Of a stretch of DNA of 64,000 nt, positions 39,050 through 52,959 are shown piece after piece (position 1 is the first letter of the stretch; the number at the start of each line of letters is the position of its first letter). The DNA is taken from assembly GCF_009914755.1 (NCBI RefSeq), contig NC_060938.1; one strand, given 5' to 3'. The position numbers and the translations under genes are program-made. The notes beneath the pieces are model-generated. The model saw only the letters and a list, made by a program, of their open reading frames with translations, searched no databases and was not told where the DNA came from. The DNA is from the human T2T-CHM13v2.0 reference genome, Homo sapiens.

Positions 39050-39260
39050 ATCAACCGTAGAAGACATGAACCATGGAAAAAGCACAGGGAATCTGGACTT
39101 AATTTGAATTCCATTTCTTATGCTTATTATGGGAGTCATCTTGGAGAAATTGTTTAATTTCTTTGAGCTTCTTATGGCACATCAGCAAATTTGGAACTGA
39201 TAATGTGTGTATTACAGAATTGCTGTAAGTCATTTAAGTATGAGATCACATAGTGTCCAA
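39050..39260 (+). mobile_element. MIR
   Basis: 'tttgaattccatt..cttggagaaattgtttaatttctttgagctt..catcagcaaattt'. Confidence 0.6.
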
Positions 39261-40169
39261 AATATAGCAAATACACACAAATACACAAACACACACACAC
39301 CACTCCCCCCAAAGAAAATTCCTAAATCCATTGAGAAAAGGGTCAGAATAGTCTCCACCCCTTTGTCGTTCTGCTGTTTTTAGGGTGTTAGTTCTAGAAA
39401 TCGTGTCTCTGCCCAATTTGCTGGAATCGTGTTGGAAAAATTACTCCTTTCCTGGAATCTCAGCAGTGACCTTAAGTAGCTCAAGTAGTTGCGTGAGCCT
39501 GAGACTGTCACTTAACTGATACAAGCCTTAGTCACCTCATTAGCAAAATAAGAATATTGAAACTTACAAACATTTTATTAGAATTACAAGAAACAATGCA
39601 TTTAAAGTAATTGTCACAGAGATGTTAGCTAGTAGTTTCTTAGTGATAATTTATGTCTTTGTTAAAATTATTATTATTATTGTTATTTTTACCAGTACCA
39701 CTTCCATTGTCTTTAATTTGTCATATGTCTTGGGCGTATACTTCTCTCAAAAAATACAAATGGAAGACAATATAATGATGAATCCCTCCTTTCACAAAGG
39801 GTGTTAAGCTAAGAAATCCAGGTCACTTATCCAAGGAGACCAACCTAGCATTGACACTGACTAGAATCTATGTCACCAGATGGTTAGGTGATATTGGGAC
39901 ATCCAGCACCCCTAACTTTATCTTTCATTTCTACATAAGGTGCATAAAACATACACTAGATATCCCCTCACTGGGGACAAAATTATGAATATTATAAAAA
40001 TGGGACGTGACTTTGCTTGAGGTTCCTGGGGAAAAAGCAGAGCATCCTGGGAACGGAAGTAGAGGTGATACTTGGCCTGTCCTCATGCTTGTCCTTTAAC
40101 CCAGGAGTTTCCTGAGAGGCTGAGGCAGGTAACAAAAGCATTATGAAAATGGTATGCACTTAAGGCTTG

Positions 40170-40505
40170 TGTTTTAAGATTCGGATGCTGAAATTTTAAC
40201 CTAATTTATAGCTAATGTATTAGGAGGCCTTCAGGAAGTAACTAGGTCATGAGAGTGAAGCCCTCATGAATGGGATTAATGACCTTATAAAAGGGACCCC
40301 AGAGAGTTCTCTTACCATCTTCCTATCATGTCAGGATACAAAGAGAAAGCAGCCACCTGCCACCCAGAAGATGGCCCTCACTGGAACCCGCTAGCACCTT
40401 CATCTCAGACGTCCAGGCTCCAGAACTGTGAGAGGTAAATTTTAGTTATTTATAAGCCCCCCGGTCTATAGTAATTTGTTATAGCAGCCCAGACTGATTA
40501 AGGCA
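40170..40505 (+). mobile_element. MLT1A-type MaLR LTR
   Basis: 'ggtcatgagagtgaagccctcatgaatgggatta..ccttataaaagggaccccagag..ctccagaactgtgaga..ttgttatagcagcccagactgattaaggca'. Confidence 0.88.
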
Positions 40506-42019
40506 GGAAGGCCAATTTACAGTTTGAGGAATTAGATACAAAGAATATTTATTTGGGAGGAGAGAGCCCTAAAAACATTTTCTTCAGTAATCAACATATT
40601 CTAATCCCTAAATTGATCTCACCCTCACAACTGGTTATTGCATTTTCTTCTTGTGAAAAACAATAAATCCTAATCTCTCTTCTTTGCCACCTTTTCCACA
40701 GCTCCCAAACCCGTGTCGAAGCTTTCAACTTTCTTTCTTCCCAAGGGTTCCCCCAATTTTTTCCAATATGTGCCTAGATCATACCAGCTGCTTCCACTGT
40801 GTTATCTCCCGGTAGTTCTACCTCACAGAAATCGTTCCCTTCATTTTCAAAATGGGGATAGGTGGTTTAACTCACCCACAACCACCAGCTTTTAATGGCA
40901 TAGGAGGAATTTTTATAAAGATAGATTCATTTAAAAGCACCTGCTTTTTCCACTTGAGTTCACTAGCCCCAAAGGCAGGGTTGGATAGAAATTAGGGGAT
41001 CCAGGCAACAACTCTAAGTAATCCAGGTGACCCTCTAAAGGGTTGTAATTAAAGCTTCTCTATTCTGAAAACTCTTTATGAAATAAAGAAAAAATCATAA
41101 GGTGTCCTGAGAGAGAAAAATTCAGACAAAAGAGGCTCTTGGGAAAGGCAGAGTCTGGCAGAAGTAGGATGGAGTATGAATGGAAAGAATATCGTTCCTA
41201 AAGAGAAAGAAAAAAAAAAAAAGAAAGACAGGTTTTGGGGAGATTTGAAGCATTACTCACTCTTTGCTGGTTAAAGAAGTTTATTTCTTATGTGACAGGT
41301 AAAGATTTATTTATTCTAAAGGAGAAAATGTGTGTTCTAATCTCCTATTCTTTACCTACAATTATTGTGTTGACTGATTCCCAAATCTTGAAGTTATGAC
41401 AGAGGAGTGGAGAAGCCATAATGTAATAATACATACAAGCCTGGCTTAAGAAACAAAAATATAAAAAGCAGAAATTTCCTCTTTCTGGTTGTGTTTTGTG
41501 GGCCATGATTGTCTATGGGGATAATGCTAGCTCCAGTCTTCTTTCCAAATAAAGAAAGCAGGCTGCTTCATGGGTTTTGAGGTTTGTTTTTGTTTAAAAC
41601 TGGTGATCGTGCCATATATATTCAGTTCTCATTCTCTCTCTCTCTCTTTTTTTTTTTTTAACTGAAGTCACTCCTTAAAGTGACTGCAATATATCTGGAA
41701 GACATTGATTATTTTAAATGTGTTCCCAGTTAATCTGCTTCCTCGTTTGCCCTGGTTTGCTCTGCAGACCACAGTTACAAGAAAAGAGCTTACCTACAAG
41801 GTTTCTGCATGGGAGAAATAAGTGGCTTGTTTTTTAAATGAATGTATTCTTGGTTCCTCTTATAATTTGCTCATCCTGATTTCTGACCTGAAGGGATTAG
41901 AATTAATGTTCTTATTATAACCAGTACAAAATGCATTTTATAAAATAAGTGTAGATTTTCATTGGAACCTGAATTAGGCAAGCCTTTTGGCTTAGCATTT
42001 TTAAAAGGAGGGAGAGTAT

Positions 42020-42275
42020 AAAATAGTAGTTAATCCTGTGCACTCTGCAGGCAGATCTGGTTTTGAATCCTCTTCTAAGTACAACACTAAACAAGTCACA
42101 TATCCTGTCTAAACCACAGACTTCTCATCTGGAAAATGGTGATAATATTAGCTCTCACAATCATTCACAGTAACTCCAAGTGTATATGAATGAAGCTATA
42201 AATTTTGAATGTGATTATGCATAAAAAGGACTTAGAAAAGTGCTTTGCAGAAAGGAAAGCTGAAGTAAATACTGT
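42020..42275 (+). mobile_element. MIR
   Basis: 'gatctggttttgaatcct..aacaagtcac..cttctcatctggaaaatggtgataata'. Confidence 0.7.
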
Positions 42276-42717
42276 TTTTCTTGTCATTATTCTTCCTTAT
42301 TTACATCTTTCTCTGCTTCCTTCTATTCTATCTCTTCCTATGTTTTGTAATTTGATATATCATATGTTCATCACCTCAATTATAGTACATTTTTCTGGTA
42401 TGGAGGTTAGGAGATCATGAAGGATTTTATTTAAATTATATTTGCTATTGATCCTGCTATGATTAAACTAATGTTCTATGAATCAAACTTTAATCATTCA
42501 GCCCCATTCTACAGTCACTAAATTACCCTTAATTTTAGCAGCCATTGGCACTTGAACTTTTCTAAGGAAAGAAAATTTAGGTGAAGTTCTGTGGCTGTAA
42601 AATAAATCCTTCAGCTCTTAAAATCCACTCCTTGAAGAATAGGGGATACAACCTGGGCAGCTGCTTTTTTGCCAATGTGAAAATATTCTGAGGGATATCT
42701 GAATATGAGCAGGGTTT

Positions 42718-43138
42718 TGAAACCAACCCAAAAGTCCCATAGTTTTTTGAATAAACATAGTTGATCCTTCTAGTCTTATATTTGTTTTATCTGAGTTTCT
42801 TCCTCTGGAAAGGATCCCACAGACCTCTCAAAAAAAGTATCAAAGAACTGAAACTCACCAGATTATCCCATTCAGACAATGAGATGGGGGACACCTCATG
42901 CATTGTGATTGCTTCCTTTTCCCTCCCTAGCTCCTGTTTTCTCACATGTTGCTACATCTTCCCCCGCTATATAAACCCCTAGTTTTAGTGATCAGGGAGA
43001 TGGATTTGACCCTGAGCTCCTATCTCCTTCTCTGCCACCGGATTAAAGCCTTCTTCCTTGGCAATATGCATCTCAGTGATCAGCTCTCTGTGTGTCAAGC
43101 AGCAGGACCTAGACAGAACCTCTGTTGTTTCAGTAACA
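42718..43138 (+). mobile_element. ERV1 solo LTR (MER66-like)
   Basis: TG..CA termini, perfect 4-bp TSD GTTT (42714-42717 / 43139-43142), TATA 'tatataaa' near 42968, 'attaaa' near 43042; subfamily from memory. Confidence 0.8.
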
Positions 43139-43902
43139 GTTTGACAGACTATGACTGTGATGCCTGAAAGAAAACTAATATACCGTGTATGCATAACAGT
43201 AGAGTATCTTCTTTGATGAGAAGATAGTGTCATTTATTCTATATATTACTGGGAGAGAGAAACAGGTTTCATTCCAAGAGGATAGAATACAGGATAAGGA
43301 ACAATATTCTGACTATGTAATATTACATTTTTTGTTCTCTCTGGGAGAATGTTAACAAGCAGAATCTTAAATTCTGTGATCTGTAGGTTACCCTTAGAGG
43401 AACCAAGACTGGCATATAAAATTAGCTTCTTCCTTGCATTTGTTTTCTCCAGTATACTTGTACGGGTTTTCTAGATAATTATTTTCCCTAAACTATGCTT
43501 TATATTAAGCGAGTAGTATGTTGTGCCTACTGAAAAAAAAATTTAGTTGTAAAATGTATCATATTAAATGCTTCAATTACTTAAAACTCTTGTTATGTAG
43601 GAAGGGATACTCTCTCTCCTTTGGTGCCGTGCAGAGCATAGTTCTGCTTGTGGCTTTCACAACCAGAAAAGATGTATACTTCTAGGTCTTTTATTTCATG
43701 AGCAGCTACCTTTTTGTCTCATTCATACATTAATACTTTCTAACACATTATGATATACAAGAATCAAAATGCAAATGTCATTTAACATGAGTGACTTAAA
43801 TTTGAAATTATAATGTCTACCTTGTTCAGCCCACAGCAGTGGTCTTACGTATGGCTGACTCTTTTAGTAAGGACAAAGCAGTCTTTTTAAGAATTTTTTT
43901 TG

Positions 43903-44195
43903 GGCTGGGCACAGTGGCTCACGCCTGCAATCCCAGCACTTTGGGAGGCCGAGGCGGGTGGATCATGAGGTCGGGAGATCGAGACCATCCTGGCTAACAC
44001 GGTGAAACCCCGTCTCTACTAAAAATACAAAAATTAGCAGGGCGTGGTGGTGGGTGCCTGTAGTCCCAGCTACTCAGGAGGCTGAGGCAGGAGAATGGCG
44101 TGAACTGAGAAGGCGGAGCTTGCAGTGAGCGGATATCGCACCACTGCACTCCAGCCTGGGCGACAGAGGGAGACTCAGTCTCAAAAAAAAAAAAA
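43903..44195 (+). mobile_element. AluY inserted into an L1PA tail
   Basis: Y diagnostics ('gagatcgagaccatcctggctaacacgg', 'gaatggcgtgaa'); TSD approximately aagaa(t/a)ttttttt. Confidence 0.95.
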
Positions 44196-44199
44196 GAAA

Positions 44200-44502
44200 T
44201 TTTTTTATTATACTTTAAGTTCTAGGGTACGTGTGCAGAACTTGCAGGTTTGTTTCATAGGTATACACATGCCATGGTGGTTTGCTGCACCCATCAACCC
44301 GTCACCTACATTAGGTATTTCTCCTAATGCTATCCCTCCCCTATACCCCCCACCCCACAACAGGCCCCAGGGTGTGATGTTCCCCTCCTTGTGTCCAGGT
44401 ATTCTCTTTGTTCAACTCCCACTTATGAGTGAGAACATGCAGTGTTTGGTTTTCTGTTCTTGTGTCAATTTGCTGAGAATGATGGTTTCCAGCTTCATGC
44501 AC
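44200..44502 (-). mobile_element. 5'-truncated L1PA (PA6-8-like) 3' end
   Basis: 'ttattatactttaagttctagggtac..ttcaactcccacttatgagtgagaacatgcagtgtttgg..gatggtttccagcttcat'. Confidence 0.95.
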
Positions 44503-44973
44503 TTCTTTACCAGGCGAAGCTGACATGTATGGCCGTGTCATGACTGAATGAGGGAATTTGTTTCTTCACCTCTGTAAACCTCATGCTTCCATTGTCAAGA
44601 AACTTGCAACTCAGAAATCACCACACCTGTTACATCTCATGAAAATATTTTTATCAATAAAAATAAAACAAAAAATTAGGTGGGATTCCTTATATGCTTG
44701 TGGTAAACCCAGTTTCCCACAAAGAGTCTAAGCACTGAAGATAAAGCTTGTTAAATCTTCATTTTATACCCAGTCCATACAATTTCTAAAGCCCATCTGT
44801 GGAATTTCTATGAGTAAGAGCTCCTGATGCAGAGAAAATCAATGACAAACTATCAAGGCAATGAACATTTTCAGGGAAAATATCTAAACAAGCAGGGCTT
44901 GCTATATTGGACAAGGTATCCTGGCAAGTCCCGGTAGTATTAATAAATATGTAACAACAATTCCAATAGCACA

Positions 44974-45405
44974 TGTTCTGTGAAAAGGTTGCACATGCAA
45001 AGGAACCCCCAAATGCAGAGGACGCAGAGAAACCAAAGAAGAAGGCAGACAAATCCACTTTGTTTGTAATGGTTGATTTATTGGGGGAACTTAAAGATAG
45101 AGGTGTGATCTTGAGTGGCCACAATACAGGTAGGTCTCCACACTGTTACTCTCCTGACTCAAGGCTTATATACCACAGGGAAAGGGTATATGGGCCCTAG
45201 CAAGACAGCTAAAGGCAACCCTCCAGACAGGCAAGAATGCTGTGTGTGTCACAGCCTACAATGTGCGCAATAGAATCAAGGTTGCTTTTTTCTTACGCTA
45301 AGGACATTAAATAAAACAGAAATCAGGAGGTATTCACAGGATTGGAGCTAATCAGAAGTCAAAATGACAGATGAGCATCCAGGATGAGTCACTTTTTTCT
45401 CTACA
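44974..45405 (-). mobile_element. LTR47-like ERVL solo LTR
   Basis: TG..CA termini, TSD gcaca/gcaaa, antisense AATAAA ('tttatt') and TATA ('cttatata'); matches recalled LTR47 reverse strand. Confidence 0.75.
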
Positions 45406-45409
45406 GCAA

Positions 45410-45948
45410 ATATCAAAAGGAGGCACATGGATTTTAAATGTTCTATACTTGTGTGTTGTCTAGAAAGAGGAGAATTTTTGAAATTACATTACACTTGTTA
45501 AGTCAAGAATTTGGCTAGCAATCTCAAGAGGAAGCCCTAAAATACAGTAAAGTAATACTGTCAAATTATGAGAGGAGAAGATAATGTTTTAAAGTAAAAA
45601 ATAAATCATTTAAAAGGCACAAAGAAAGAAAAGAAACAGGAGGAATATGAGAGCAAATAGTAAGACTCACATTTACATAATAGTAATTTTATTAATATAA
45701 AAATTAAATAATGCAATTAAGGATAATATGGTTAGCCTAGTGAAAAAAATGAATCATGGGTCTTTTCCAAAAGCATATATAATATAGAAGGATAGAAAAA
45801 GACTGAAAATAAAGAAGTTAAAGATATATAACATGTAAACCTAATAAAAGGTTAAAATATTATTAGCTTCATATTAAAAATGTACCTTTTAATGCAATAA
45901 TGGAGAGCTCAAAATGATTAAATATTTAACCAGGAAGATAAAATTATT
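45410..45948 (+). mobile_element. Old L1M fragment (inter-ORF/ORF2 start)
   Basis: A-rich decayed EN-region motifs 'taatagtaattttattaatataaaaattaaataatgcaattaa'. Confidence 0.5.
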
Positions 45949-45950
45949 TC

Positions 45951-46056
45951 TTTTTTTTTTTGAGATGAGTCTCGCTCTGTTGCCCAGGCTGGAGTGCAGT
46001 GGTGCGATCTCAGCTCACTGCAAACTCTGCCTCCCAGGTTCACGCCATTCTCCTGC
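45951..46056 (-). mobile_element. 5'-truncated AluY-type right-arm fragment
   Basis: Poly-T then 'gagtctcgctctgttgcccagg..ggttcacgccattctcctgc', ending abruptly. Confidence 0.93.
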
Positions 46057-46188
46057 GTTATCCATTTTTACACTTGTTACCAAGTTCAAATATCTGCCTT
46101 ATTATTGGTAATTAACATAAGTATTATGAATGAGATGATAATATCTATCTCCTATGTTTGTTGTGAGGATTAAATTAGTCCCTTTATA

Positions 46189-46360
46189 CAGTGTTCCTTC
46201 ATGTGTGTTGCCTTGACCACACACACATATCAAAACTGTAGAATTGTAAATTTGAACCCAGACCTACTGAAATAGAATTTCAGGTTAAGGTGGTCCCTGA
46301 CCAGTGAAAATTTTGATAAATTGTACAGATTATTTTTAGGCACATTGAAGTTAACTTTAA
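46189..46360. mobile_element. MER5A-type hAT element
   Basis: 'cagtgttccttcatgtgtg..cccagacctactgaaatagaa'. Confidence 0.6.
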
Positions 46361-48699
46361 TTTGGAGAGTTCATCAGTTCAACTGATTTTATACAAAATA
46401 TATATTAAACATCTGGTATGCACAACAAGAAAGTTTGATAGATATGAAGTTTACAAAAGTAAGGATAACTCTCAGCCTTCTAAGAAATTACAATATAACT
46501 AGAGACATGAGAAAAAGAAATTAATATTTAAAACAACATGGAATAAATAGTAGAAAAGGTATATCTTTTCAAGTTGGATATAATAACAGTAATTATTGTA
46601 AGGATTAAAATGAAACAAATTGTCTTCCAGGTTAACTTTGCTAAGAAAGGCATCCAAAAAAGGGCAAGCTTTGAATGGAGTTTTTGTCTTCAGTATTTAA
46701 AATAGTGCTATATTAAAACTAATTATAAATATTTTGATGCAAATTTTCATAGCTTGTGTATTAATTTCATTTGGACTACATTTCTTTTAGGCTTAACTCA
46801 ATCAAATTAGTTTATGCCTATGGGAGTAAAGATTGAATGTACTCTAATATTCTTATCAAACATTCATTTTAATATCCATAAAAAGTGGTCAATCCTCTGA
46901 AATTTACTGACTCATTCACCCCAATGGGAAGCTATGACAATTTGAGAAAAGTTATTTGCTTAACAGATTTTCTCCCGGAGATTGTTTTGGTTGGTAACAC
47001 ATGCATTTGAAAGTGAGGGCATTATTCAGAATTCTAAGAAAAAACAAGCAGGGGAAATAGCAAAAAGTGTTCTGATATCTAAGAGGACAAAATTAATTTT
47101 TGTATATATTTTAATTTAGATTAACTTCATAGCCATCCACAATGCTGCTATTTCTCATCTTTCTTCAAATCACTCAAGTGATTGCATTGTTTTTGCATAA
47201 GTTTTGCATTACATTTAATTTTGTAATCTCAGTAGAAGCAACATATCATTTTATTATGCACTTCTCTACTTCCCCCAAAGTCTCCACAGAGATCAAGTCA
47301 TATAATCGTAACAAAAACTAATCAGCTTCCACTTGTGAGAAAGAAAATATGTCTGGGAAAGTAAATAGAAGCAGTGAATCAGGGCACAATTGAGATGGAA
47401 AACAGAGTATGAGGTTACTAAATAATCCAAAAAGAGGTGGGATTGGAGACACAAAGAATTAAGCTTTCCCATTTTCTGTGATCACATTCTTCACTGTCTT
47501 GGTACTTGGAATATATTCTGCTTGTTAATGAGAGTGGGAAGAGTAAATTATTCTTCCTAATGAAAATTTAAAATGAAAGTAATCATCATTCTGGATCCCC
47601 ATTTTGCCCTTGGTAATAAATGCATGGGAAGAGAAAAGAAGGATCTTGTATTTGTCTACAGCTACTGTATTTTTTTTCTTTCCAATTCTTCCTTTTAAAA
47701 AACCTCTGTTAAAATAATAATGGTCTTTTTACAGCTATTTAGTATGTTCACAGAAGTTTTTGAATTATATTAAATGTTGTTAAAGCAATTTAACACCTTT
47801 ATTTTGAAAACAAAATTTGAGAGGGTGTATTACTGCCATTTTAAATAGTTTTAATTAAAGACATTATTTAAAGCTTATTGCCATTTTTCTTAAATCATGC
47901 TAATATATGGGCTTGTAGTATTACCCGCTTTTATTGCATCATGATAATAAAATTGACTAATCATAATTAACTAATGTAATTGTCAATTTTTCCCTTAAAG
48001 AACTTACTTTTCATCAAACGAGAAATAATGTTTGTTTTCAAATTATTCTATATATTATTTTTCTTTCTACTCCTTTTTTTCCTTCCTCAATTCAAACAGC
48101 AGAGCCAAATTATAAATTGGCATGGTACAAAAAAATTACAAAATAACTCTTGAAGGACAAACATCATCTGTTCATTCATTAAGAGTTGTTGGCTATATTA
48201 TATCAAGATGCATAGGGCACTTTGTCACTTTGCTGTCTAGTTAGCCATCAAGACAGATAAAACAATTCCATTCTGTAATTCCAGATTTTATTTTCTAACC
48301 ATTCGCTAAATAAAGAACAATAAGCATGAAAGTGAATGGCTTAGTGTCCCCCATTATTTTCTCTGGAAGGGAATGTAGCAAAACATTGTAGATAATTTTT
48401 CTCTTGTGTCAAGAGAATTAAGTTTGAATTTATTTCTGCTAGTTAACCAAATGAACATCTCAAGTCATTCATTTATTTTCCGATATTTAAAATGGAAATA
48501 ACAGCCTCTGATCTCAAAAGATGAATGTAGAATATAATTGCACAGTTCACATCATCTGTGATATACTATTTCTAAATAAAGGATTGTTACCATTTAAGTG
48601 TAGATCACAACAATCGGTTTTCTTTTAAGAGAGGAATGAATTTAAATTAGATTGGCCATCTTGCTGGACAATTTGAAGATATATACTGATAACTCTTTC

Positions 48700-49700
48700 A
48701 AAATTCTAAAATTTTTTAAAGCCATGCAAAAATTAACTTAAAAAAAGAGAAATATAGACCAATCACATTTGTGAATATTGATGTAATGACTTAAATAGTA
48801 TAGTATGTCATAAAACATAGGAGCATAGTAAAGTAGAGTACTAAGCAAAACACGACCAAAGAAAGATTATGCCAAAAATAACATAGTGGCTCATTATTAA
48901 GAAATTTATTAATGCAGTCACATTGATAGAACTTATAAAAAATCATATGATTATTACTTCATAGGTCCAGTATGGATGCACATAAGCACCATACAGAAAA
49001 CAACATAAAGATTAATTTAGATTAAAACACTCAGTAAAACAGAATTTACTAGATATACCATTAGCATAATTATACACACAGGCACACACATAAACAAACA
49101 CATCTACATGAGTTCAAGGAACAGAAGCTTATTCAGTGGGAAACACAAGAAGCTTCTCTACAAAATCAGCAAAGTATGACTGTTCAACATCTCCAGTAAC
49201 ATCTAACCATTTATAGAAATTATAGAATATTAATTAAAGCAATTAAACAATTTAAACAGATTAAAATTGTAAAAATAGAAAGTGTAAAACTACAAGCGTA
49301 TAATTATACATTTGGAAATTCCAATAGAATTAATTAATAAAAAAACTATTGCAAATACTATTTACTGAAGTAAAAGGCAGAGTAATGCTGGAGCTGGCTT
49401 GTACTAGTTTGTAAGAGTATATTGTTAAAAGTTCAGGAATTTTGTGAAAGACTGGATGAAATATTGAATATTTGAAATTGTCTACAGTGGGAGTATCTAT
49501 TACACAGAAATTAGCAAATAATACAACTAAGCACACCATTGAAAACAGGTAATGAAATCAACATAGAAAAATAAAAACAAGTTATATGTATTAACAAAAG
49601 CTAGAATGAACCTATAGCAGAAGGAGGATCACTTTTATTACAATAAATTAAATAACAAGAAAATCACTAAAATATAGAGCTATACGCTAAACAGAATTTC
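48700..49700 (+). mobile_element. Old L1M ORF2 fragment, split by MER63
   Basis: 'aaatatagaccaatcacatttgtgaatattgatg', 'aaaatcatatgatta'. Confidence 0.7.
49378..49541 (+). mobile_element. MER63-type hAT element
   Basis: 'cagagtaatgctggagctggcttgtactag..ttgttaaaagttcaggaatttt..gcacaccattg'. Confidence 0.7.
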
Positions 49701-49714
49701 CTAAAAACCCTGAG

Positions 49715-52700
49715 TTGGAGATTCTCAGAATATGGCAGAGTAGAAGGCACCACAAATCTGTCTCTATGCTTATACTATTACACAAGTAGAATCTGTCTGA
49801 TATAACCATTTTAGAATTTCTGAGTTTATTTCAGGCTTGTAATTTTCTAAAGAAGACTTGGATTATAAAGTGAGGTTAATTTCAGCTCTTAGCACTCACC
49901 CTGTACACATGTTTCTGGAAATTCTGCACAAATTTTGTTGTGGGGCAAGACAGGTATATTAAATCCTTTTCACCAAGTATTGGGGATTTATGCTCTGATT
50001 TTTTATTGCTGCTTTTGAATACTGAGGTGAAGACAGATAAGTTGGGAGCCATTGAGGTTGTACTGCTCCTTTTGTTGCAAGCTGCTCCAATTTCAGCTCA
50101 AGGGACTTCCCAGAGGTTTTAAAGGGATAGGACCCCCATTTTTGCTTTTTAAATTTTTTCCCTTTTTCTCATTTTTGGGAGTCAGACATTAAAGATTAGA
50201 AAATTCAATAACAACTACATATATGGGTAAAATTAGAGAATAACCACACATACCTAGGTAAAAGCAAAAGCTTACAGAATATTTGAAAAAACAATTAATT
50301 TTACATCAGGCTAATCCTTGGCAGACAGATAAGCTGCAACCATCCCCCATCCTAAAATAATAACATAAAAACAGAAAACTTTGGTGACGGATAACAATAT
50401 GATTTCCACAGTTACAACAGCTTCAAATGTCCAGTTTATAAAAAAGACTCACAAGGCATACAAAGAATCAAGAAAGTTTGGAACATTTAAAGGAAAAAAA
50501 ATAAAAAGAGATAATTTCTAAATGATGGATTAGATGAAAAGCCTACTAGACAAAGCATTTAAAACAACTCCTCAAAGTACAAATGGAAAATGTGGAGAAA
50601 GTCAAGAAAATGAGGTATGAACAAAATGGAAATATTAATAAAGAGGTAGAAAAACTTACAAAAATCAATATTAAAAGATAAAATATCTGAAATAAGAAAT
50701 TTCTTGAGGGATTCAAAGATAAATTTGAGTAGACAGAAGAAAACATCAGTTAGCTTGAAGATAGGACAATAGGCAATATCAAATTGAACTAACAGAAAGA
50801 AAAGGTATTATTTAAAAATGATCAGAGCCTAAGGGAGTTGTAAGCTACCATCACATGACCAACATATGTATTATGAGAGTCTCAGAAGACGAAAGGAGAG
50901 ATACAGGAACAGCGATAATATTTAAAGAAACAATAGATGAAAAGTTTGCTAATTTGATGAAAGACATGAATATAGACATGCAAGAACATCAAAGAACTCC
51001 AAGCAGAAAGAACTAAAAAAAGATTCACACCAAGACATATTATAATCAAATTGTTTAAGCCAAAAACAGAGAGGCTCAAAAGCATCAAGGAGGAACCAAT
51101 TTGTCACACACAAGTGATCTTTAATAAGATGATCTGCAGATTTCTTATCAGAAACTTTGATGATGACAAGGCACTGAGCCAATATACACAAACTGTTAAA
51201 GAAAAGCAACAAAAATCAAGAATCTTATATCTGCCTAATTTGTCCTTCAAAAGTATGAAAGAAATTAAGATACTCTCAGATTAACAAAAGGTGGCAGAGT
51301 TCATTATCACTAGACCAGCTCTGCCACCAATAACGGAAGCAGTGTGCAAGGTGAAATAAAAGATGCTAGATAATAATTGGAAACCATATAAAGATATACA
51401 TGTCTCAATAAAGGTAAATACATGGAAAATTATAAAACAGTATTATTCCAACAATAGCTTATAACTTGATTTTTAAGTTAATTTTTGTTTTCCACATTAA
51501 GAGGATAATGCACTTAAAATAATTATTAGTTTATGTTTTGGGAGACATAATGTATAAGGATGCAACTTTCTGACATCAACAACTGACAGGAGTGGAGATA
51601 AAACTGATAAAAAAGTAAAGTTTCTATATTCTATTGAATTTAAGCTCATACAAATTAATATTAAGGATTATAGCTTTAGATTATTACATGTATTAATATT
51701 GTAACCACAAATAAAATATTTATAGAATGTAGATAAGAAAATAAAAATGAAACATACTTTTCAAAATCAAAACATAACAAAAAAATCAACTAAACACACA
51801 GGATGGTGGTAATGCAAGAACTGAGGAACAAAAAATATCAAAGTGAAGGAAGTAAGTTAGTCTTTATCTGCAATTACTTTAATTGTAAATGAATTATACT
51901 TCCCAATTAAAAGATATAGATTAGTAAAATGGATAAAAATAAACGATCTAAACTTATGTTTTCTACAGGAGACTCAATTTAGCTGCTAGGAAACAAATAA
52001 GTTGAAAATGAAAAGATATTCCACACAATTTTTAACGAAAATAGAACAAGGGTGGCAATACAAATGTAAACAAAATATACATAAATCAAAAAGTTTATGA
52101 GACAAAGAAAGATATTATAATTAATAAAATAAAAATATTATAATTAATAAAACATTTAATAAAGAAGATAACAATGATAAACATTTGTGTACCTTATAAC
52201 AGACCATCAAAATTTGTAAAGAAACAACTGACAGAATTGAAAGAAGAAATAAATAATTCTACAATAATATTTGGAGACTTCAGTACTCCACATTCAATAA
52301 TGGATAGAGAAAATGGACAGAAGATAAGGAAGAAAATAGAGGACTTGAGCAACACAATAAACCAACTGGGTGTAACAGACATATAGACAACATTACTTCA
52401 CAGCAATGACATGCACTTAGGTTATTTTCTAAAACTGATGACATATTAGGCCAAAAATTAAGTCTCAAAGGTTTCAAAAGATAAATATTCTACAAAGTGT
52501 ATGTCCCAAATAATGGAGTGAAAATAAAAGTAAAACTGAAAAAATCACAAATTTGTAGGAATTAAAAAGAATACTCTTAAACAACAAATTGATGAAAGAA
52601 GAAATCAAAAAGGAAATTAGAAAATACTTAGAGACAGATTTAAACAAAAATACAACATACCAAATCTATGGAACACAGTGCTAAGAAAATAATTTATAGC

Positions 52701-52870
52701 TATAAATGCTGATACTTTTTAAAAAATCTCAAATCACCAATCTAATTTTACAACTTAAGAAACTAGGGGAAAAAAAAGAACAAACTAAAACCAAAGACTG
52801 CAGAAAGAAGAAAATAAATATCTCTTATTAAGAGCAGGGATGAACACAGTAGGCAATAGAAAAACAATTA
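49715..52870 (+). mobile_element. Old L1M element: 5' region, decayed ORF1, long inter-ORF and ORF2 endonuclease region
   Basis: ORF1 remnant ('cacaccaagacatattataatcaaatt', 'aagaatcttatatctg..tgtccttcaaaa'); ORF 52174-52386 'NNSTIIFGDFSTPHSIMDR..KIEDLSNTINQL' is the L1 EN GDFNTPLS motif. Confidence 0.9.
52174..52386 (+). pseudogene. L1 ORF2p endonuclease-domain remnant
   Basis: Translation shows 'NIxxPxxxxxKFVKxxL..TIIxGDFxTP..DR..DL..TINQL..TDI'; flanking frames disrupted. Confidence 0.9.
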
Positions 52871-52959
52871 TGTGTGTTTACCCATTGCTTTCCATTTCTT
52901 GGAAATATACAATTTGGTTACAAAGTGGATGCTATTACAATTATAAAGTGTAGGTAAGA

